Virus record (IMG/VR): IMGVR_UViG_3300020340_000009 | Coordinates: 1 to 28,451 of that record | Length of the DNA: 28,451 bases | Reading direction: 5' to 3' (one strand) | DNA from: a virus | Taxonomy: Duplodnaviria > Caudoviricetes | Part shown: in pieces, positions 24,662 to 28,451 of the stretch | Numbering within the stretch: the stretch's first letter is position 1 | Layout of the letters: the number at the start of each line of letters is the position of its first letter | Notes under the pieces: model-generated | What the model was told of the DNA's origin: nothing | Database searches by the model: none | The model's input: only the letters and a program-made list of their open reading frames with translations | Made by a program: the position numbers and the translations under genes

Positions 24662-25744
24662 ATGGCAGATTTATTTGATCAGGCATATGATTCTGTAGGG
24701 ACAGGTTCTAGAGATAGAGTAAACTCGTTTAACAATAAGACAAAACCAGAACCAGTAACCCCAGACGAAGAGCAAGATATTGTAGTTGAGAGAACAATTA
24801 CCGTTATGGTTAACGGTAAGAACTACACCATCACAGATGATGATGGAGAACTTGAGATTCGCAGGAAGTTAGATGGATCTGGAATCCATTTCGGAAAAGA
24901 TGGTGATATCATGATGCTGACAGGATCTGGAGGCAATGGTAAAGCATGTGGTGGTAGATTCTTAGTCAATGCTAAAGGAGGAGGACTATTTAAGTATGAT
25001 GGACCTCAAATAACAGTGGCAACTGCGAGTTCGCAGAATGCTGCTGAAGGTGAAGGTTCTACGGAGTCTACAGAAGAAACTAGTAACGCAGGTAGAGGTC
25101 AACTTGCTTGTTCTAACTTATATTATGGTGATGCTATTACAGAGTGTCATGGTGAAGTTAGAATAAAAGGAACTAACATTGTAATTGAAGCAGCAGATGT
25201 ATTGACCTTAATGGGAAAGAACTCTGTTCATATTCAGGCAGGTCCTAGTGGTGGTGGAGAGATTAAGTTAGCTGCTGGTCAGATATCCGAAACTACTGAC
25301 ACTAGAGTTTCTGTAGTTACTGGACAGAAGCAGGATGTAATCTCAGAAGAACTTAGTCTTCAGTATGATCCTCGTGCATCAGTTAACGTCATATCACCTG
25401 GACATATGAATGTCAAAGCAGCAGGAGATATTGCATTTGGATGTGCTGGTGCGATTGAGATGATTGCATTGGGTAAGAAGACATTCTTTGGATTGATTAA
25501 GGATCCTGTTGCTACTATTAGCATGAAGACTGCTGCTGGAGGACTAACCCTCACTAGTGCAGCATTTACTGATATTACATCTGGAGCATTTACACAAAAT
25601 TCAGCTGTTACTACAGTCAATGTTGGAAAATACGTATTGACATCCGCAGAGGGTATTGATGTGAATGCAGTACTAGGTGATGTTAATGTCACTGCTAAGG
25701 CAGGAAATGTCAAACTCAAAGGCACTCAGATCTATTTAAACTGA
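24662..25744 (+). CDS. gp5-like C-terminal beta-helix spike protein
   Basis: Short-period beta-strand repeats ending GNVKLKGTQIYLN. Confidence 0.65.
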   Translation: MADLFDQAYDSVGTGSRDRVNSFNNKTKPEPVTPDEEQDIVVERTITVMVNGKNYTITDDDGELEIRRKLDGSGIHFGKDGDIMMLTGSGGNGKACGGRFLVNAKGGGLFKYDGPQITVATASSQNAAEGEGSTESTEETSNAGRGQLACSNLYYGDAITECHGEVRIKGTNIVIEAADVLTLMGKNSVHIQAGPSGGGEIKLAAGQISETTDTRVSVVTGQKQDVISEELSLQYDPRASVNVISPGHMNVKAAGDIAFGCAGAIEMIALGKKTFFGLIKDPVATISMKTAAGGLTLTSAAFTDITSGAFTQNSAVTTVNVGKYVLTSAEGIDVNAVLGDVNVTAKAGNVKLKGTQIYLN

Positions 25745-25801
25745 TAAATGTATCTTATAATACTGATCGGAAATCCGTATTGAAAACTGGCACAAGGGGG
25801 G

Positions 25802-25830
25802 TTGTTTTTTCCTCGCAACCCTGATAAATT
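25802..25830 (+). promoter_or_regulatory. Sigma70-like promoter
   Basis: TTGTTT-N17-TAAATT with TG extension, preceded by ACTGGCACA(25786). Confidence 0.45.
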
Positions 25831-25886
25831 AACTTCATGCGGTTGAGATACCGCTAAGTACATACACTTAATTAAGAGGATTACAA

Positions 25887-26264
25887 ATGATTAAAACTGC
25901 TTTCGCTGCTTCCGCTGCAGCTGTTGCTTTTGCTGCTCCTGGTGCTGCCCTGGCAGGTCCCTACGTTAATGTAGAGGCAAACTCGGGTTGGACTGGATCT
26001 AACTACAACGGCACCGTTACCGACGCTCACGTGGGCTACGAGGGTGAACTGGGCGAATCTACCTCCTGGTACGTTCAGGGTGGTGCTAGCCTCGTTTCTC
26101 CTGATGGCGGTGAGACCGATACCGTCCCTTCAGGTAAGGCAGGTCTCGGCATCGGTTTGACTGATGCACTTGGTGCTTATGGTGAGGTTTCTTTCCAAGG
26201 TTCTGGCGACTCTGATATTGACCGTGGATATGGAGCTAAATTGGGCGTTAAGTACACGTTCTGA
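25887..26264 (+). CDS. Small outer-membrane beta-barrel-like protein
   Basis: Signal peptide ending ALA, alternating beta strands, C-terminal YTF; GAGG RBS; higher GC than flanks. Confidence 0.8.
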   Translation: MIKTAFAASAAAVAFAAPGAALAGPYVNVEANSGWTGSNYNGTVTDAHVGYEGELGESTSWYVQGGASLVSPDGGETDTVPSGKAGLGIGLTDALGAYGEVSFQGSGDSDIDRGYGAKLGVKYTF

Positions 26265-26286
26265 TTTCGGAATCTAAAGTAAAATT

Positions 26287-26324
26287 GAGGGGTGGTTGAC
26301 ACCCCTCTTTTTTTATCTTATACT
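26287..26324 (+). terminator. Terminator with embedded sigma70 promoter
   Basis: GAGGGGTG-GTTGA-CACCCCTC plus T7; TTGACA(26296)-N17-TATACT(26319). Confidence 0.8.
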
Positions 26325-26346
26325 GTCAGCATATGACCCTTATATC

Positions 26347-26541
26347 ATGCACTACAAACCTTATTCACCAGAGTGGCATAGACATAGGTATTTGAAAGAA
26401 GCGATCTACAAGTATCTTGATGACGGAATTGATAACGATGTTATCATGGATGACATTCTAAATATTGTGTGTGAGCGCCAAGAGCGAGCACATGCAGAGT
26501 ATCATAAGTTGGAAGACTTAGAACTAAAACTGAGAGAGTAA
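26347..26541 (+). CDS. Hypothetical protein
   Basis: MHYKPYSPEWHRHRYLKEAI; start chosen downstream of the promoter. Confidence 0.7.
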   Translation: MHYKPYSPEWHRHRYLKEAIYKYLDDGIDNDVIMDDILNIVCERQERAHAEYHKLEDLELKLRE

Positions 26542-26542
26542 T

Positions 26543-26857
26543 ATGCTATCAACTCAATACAGACTCCGACTGGAGTTTATTTGCAAGAAGATCGCTAACA
26601 AAGAAGAAGTAAAACTTGATGATATGATCTGGGCAGAGAAACTTGCCAAGCGTCATACTACAGCAAGAGATTGGTTAAACAAAGCACGTCGTCAAGCTGC
26701 TCAAGACATTGAGGAGGGTACGATGGATGATTTTATGAATAAGATGGGATTAGGAGACCCCGACCCATCTAATTACAAAACGGGGTTTGATGGTGCCGAT
26801 GAAATTGTAGATTGGTTCAAACAAGATAAACCTGACGATTGGAGACAACGGGATTAA
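26543..26857 (+). CDS. Conserved cyanophage hypothetical protein
   Basis: MLSTQYRLRLEFICK...GLGDPDPSN...DDWRQRD. Confidence 0.8.
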   Translation: MLSTQYRLRLEFICKKIANKEEVKLDDMIWAEKLAKRHTTARDWLNKARRQAAQDIEEGTMDDFMNKMGLGDPDPSNYKTGFDGADEIVDWFKQDKPDDWRQRD

Positions 26858-27105
26858 TGAGAAAAACGGCAGTAATTTACAGCAATCGTAGTCAAGAGTG
26901 TGAACGCATGGCGCAGTTGTTAAAAGCATTGCCACATGTGGAAGAGTTTCATGAATATTTTCTTGGGAAGCATTTCACTGAAACTGCATTTATGGATGAA
27001 TTTGGACCAGATGCTACGTTCCCTCAAGTATCACTTGGATATGAACACCTTGGTAGCATGAAAGAAACTCTACAATACCTGGATAGAAAAGGAATGCTTC
27101 TATGA
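26857..27105 (+). CDS. Glutaredoxin-like protein (SxxC)
   Basis: TAATG coupling; YSNRSQEC, ATFPQVSLG..HLGS. Confidence 0.7.
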   Translation: MRKTAVIYSNRSQECERMAQLLKALPHVEEFHEYFLGKHFTETAFMDEFGPDATFPQVSLGYEHLGSMKETLQYLDRKGMLL

Positions 27106-27572
27106 GTGTGATAGATTTTTGTGATAAACTTGAAGGATTCTATGACAATTGGTATCAAGCAGCAGGAAACCCAGCGAAGTATGCCCACATTAAACTTCGC
27201 TGGGAGCGCATGGGACACCATGAGTTTAAATCTAAACAATGGTATCATTACCTAGGTGAAGAAAATCCTTACAGATCCAAATGGCATAAAGTTTTTGAGC
27301 AGCAAGGTGTCATTATTGTCCAAAATTGGACTAAAGATTGGGGTGAGCATAACCACTGCTGTGATATGATGTTCTTTAATGTGGGAGACCATTATGACGG
27401 GAAAGTCAAGACCGATGCTTGCATTATCAACGGAGGCATGGTAAAATCTACAGTGAAGTTTGACGGAACCTATTACAAGAGCAGGGATCAAGGATGGAGA
27501 GATGGTAAGGTAGTATGGGGTAGTGATGTAATTTACGAATTCCAAAAATCTGACGGACCTATTTGCGTTTGA
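27102..27572 (+). CDS. cpeT: CpeT/CpcT-like phycobilin lyase
   Basis: G.YDNWYQA..NP..YAHI, Q.Y....PYR, CDMMF, SRDQG...VWGS. Confidence 0.85.
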   Translation: MSVIDFCDKLEGFYDNWYQAAGNPAKYAHIKLRWERMGHHEFKSKQWYHYLGEENPYRSKWHKVFEQQGVIIVQNWTKDWGEHNHCCDMMFFNVGDHYDGKVKTDACIINGGMVKSTVKFDGTYYKSRDQGWRDGKVVWGSDVIYEFQKSDGPICV

Positions 27573-27573
27573 T

Positions 27574-27646
27574 GCTCGCTTAGCAATCTGGTGAATGCAG
27601 CGAACTCATAATTCGCCTAAGGTCAGTTCAATCCTGACAGCGAGCA
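27574..27646 (+). tRNA. tRNA with CAT anticodon (elongator Met or Ile2)
   Basis: Acceptor GCTCGCT/AGCGAGC, anticodon arm GCGAA-CTCATAA-TTCGC, T arm GTCAG-TTCAATC-CTGAC; no encoded CCA. Confidence 0.9.
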
Positions 27647-27650
27647 CCTT

Positions 27651-27735
27651 GGGAGCGTGGTGGAATCGGTAGACACACCAGACTTAAAATCTGTTGAGCA
27701 TTACGCTCGTGGGGGTTCAAGTCCCCCCGCTCCTA
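27651..27735 (+). tRNA. tRNA-Leu(TAA)
   Basis: Acceptor GGGAGCG/CGCTCCT, CAGA-CTTAAAA-TCTG, long variable arm, GGGGG-TTCAAGT-CCCCC. Confidence 0.95.
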
Positions 27736-27752
27736 CTATGTTGTCAAATCCA

Positions 27753-27760
27753 CATAAATA
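27753..27760 (+). promoter_or_regulatory. Late promoter
   Basis: CATAAATA 22 nt upstream of ATG 27783. Confidence 0.55.
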
Positions 27761-27782
27761 ATGTAGGTATAGACAGCAGAAA

Positions 27783-28079
27783 ATGTCATTCCAAGGGTAC
27801 GAGATTACGTCTAAATATGTGTTCTGCACATTTCCAGAAGATTACCAAACAATAGTTAAGATGTACTTCATTGAGGGAATGCCATTTACATATGATACAA
27901 TTGAAAAAGAAGAACAGGAAGATGTTTGGATTAAATCCGAAGCAGCATTAAATCCCGAATTTACTTGGGAGCAAGTAGATAAATGTTCTGATTATTTAAT
28001 TTGTGAAGAACTACATCCATGTTTGTTTGTAGTTGATGTGAAGAATCCAGAGTTAATGCCAGATGACACTTTTTCATGA
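27783..28079 (+). CDS. Hypothetical acidic protein
   Basis: IVKMYFIEGMPFTYD...YLICEELHP. Confidence 0.75.
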   Translation: MSFQGYEITSKYVFCTFPEDYQTIVKMYFIEGMPFTYDTIEKEEQEDVWIKSEAALNPEFTWEQVDKCSDYLICEELHPCLFVVDVKNPELMPDDTFS

Positions 28080-28451
28080 TTACCTAGAAGGTACTTTTGA
28101 TAATAAAGAGCAGGCATTAAAACACCCTACCAGATACGCAAGAATCATTGTTACACATAAGTGGATCGGTGGTGATTGGTTTGAAGGTACTCAATCTTAT
28201 CACAAAAGAGAACCCTATAGGCAATTTCGTATGCGGGTTTTCCCAGATGGTGAAAAATTTCGCGTCAGAAATTACACCTTAAATGGTGATTACAAATCAG
28301 GATGTGATACTATATTTGAGATGGTTGGAAACAAGTTCTATGGTAAGAACATAGACTGTGACTGCTGGGTCTACTGGAAAGGAGTCAAAACTTACTTGAC
28401 AAATGACATTATACTAGGGTATAATTTTTATCATGTTATGGATTCAGGAAT
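28063..28451 (+). CDS. Second CpeT/CpcT-like protein (truncated by window end)
   Basis: Translated by hand: MTLFHDYLEGTFDNKEQALKHPTRYARI...EPYRQ...GCDTIFE...MDSG; no stop before window end. Confidence 0.75.
   Translation, partial: MTLFHDYLEGTFDNKEQALKHPTRYARIIVTHKWIGGDWFEGTQSYHKREPYRQFRMRVFPDGEKFRVRNYTLNGDYKSGCDTIFEMVGNKFYGKNIDCDCWVYWKGVKTYLTNDIILGYNFYHVMDSG

Noticed and set aside
14983-25725. Numerous antisense and alternate-frame ORFs of 60-136 aa in the track
   Set aside because: Shadows of long structural genes with biased codon usage; no RBS or motifs

Overview
A 28.5-kb segment of a T4-like marine cyanomyovirus, most likely infecting Synechococcus. In order it holds: the photosynthesis genes psbA (3' part) and psbD; a glutaredoxin and small conserved ORFs; a putative nitrogen-responsive regulatory island (3274-4260); thyX, phoH, an exonuclease, gp33 and gp32; a baseplate/tail module (gp53, gp48, gp2, gp4, gp54-like, gp26, gp51, two tape-measure-like paralogs, gp27-like, CP12, split gp5); then an outer-membrane beta-barrel gene, two cpeT-like genes and two tRNAs. 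Four observations stand out. (1) A tandem pair of glutamine-riboswitch-like aptamers (Downstream-peptide/glnA type) each carries a paralogous small ORF starting inside its P2 stem; an NtcA-like box and sigma70 promoter lie upstream and YRG-motif (DUF4278-like) peptides downstream. (2) A canonical -1 frameshift signal (T_TTT_TTC, 7-nt spacer, 11-bp hairpin) would fuse gp26 to gp51 directly upstream of the tape-measure-like gene, like lambda G/GT. (3) A ~65-bp A/T-tract element occurs three times at gene 3' ends. (4) The second tape-measure paralog has an ADP-ribosyltransferase-like segment. All family assignments are by eye from motifs and synteny; no database searches were run, so novelty is unverified.
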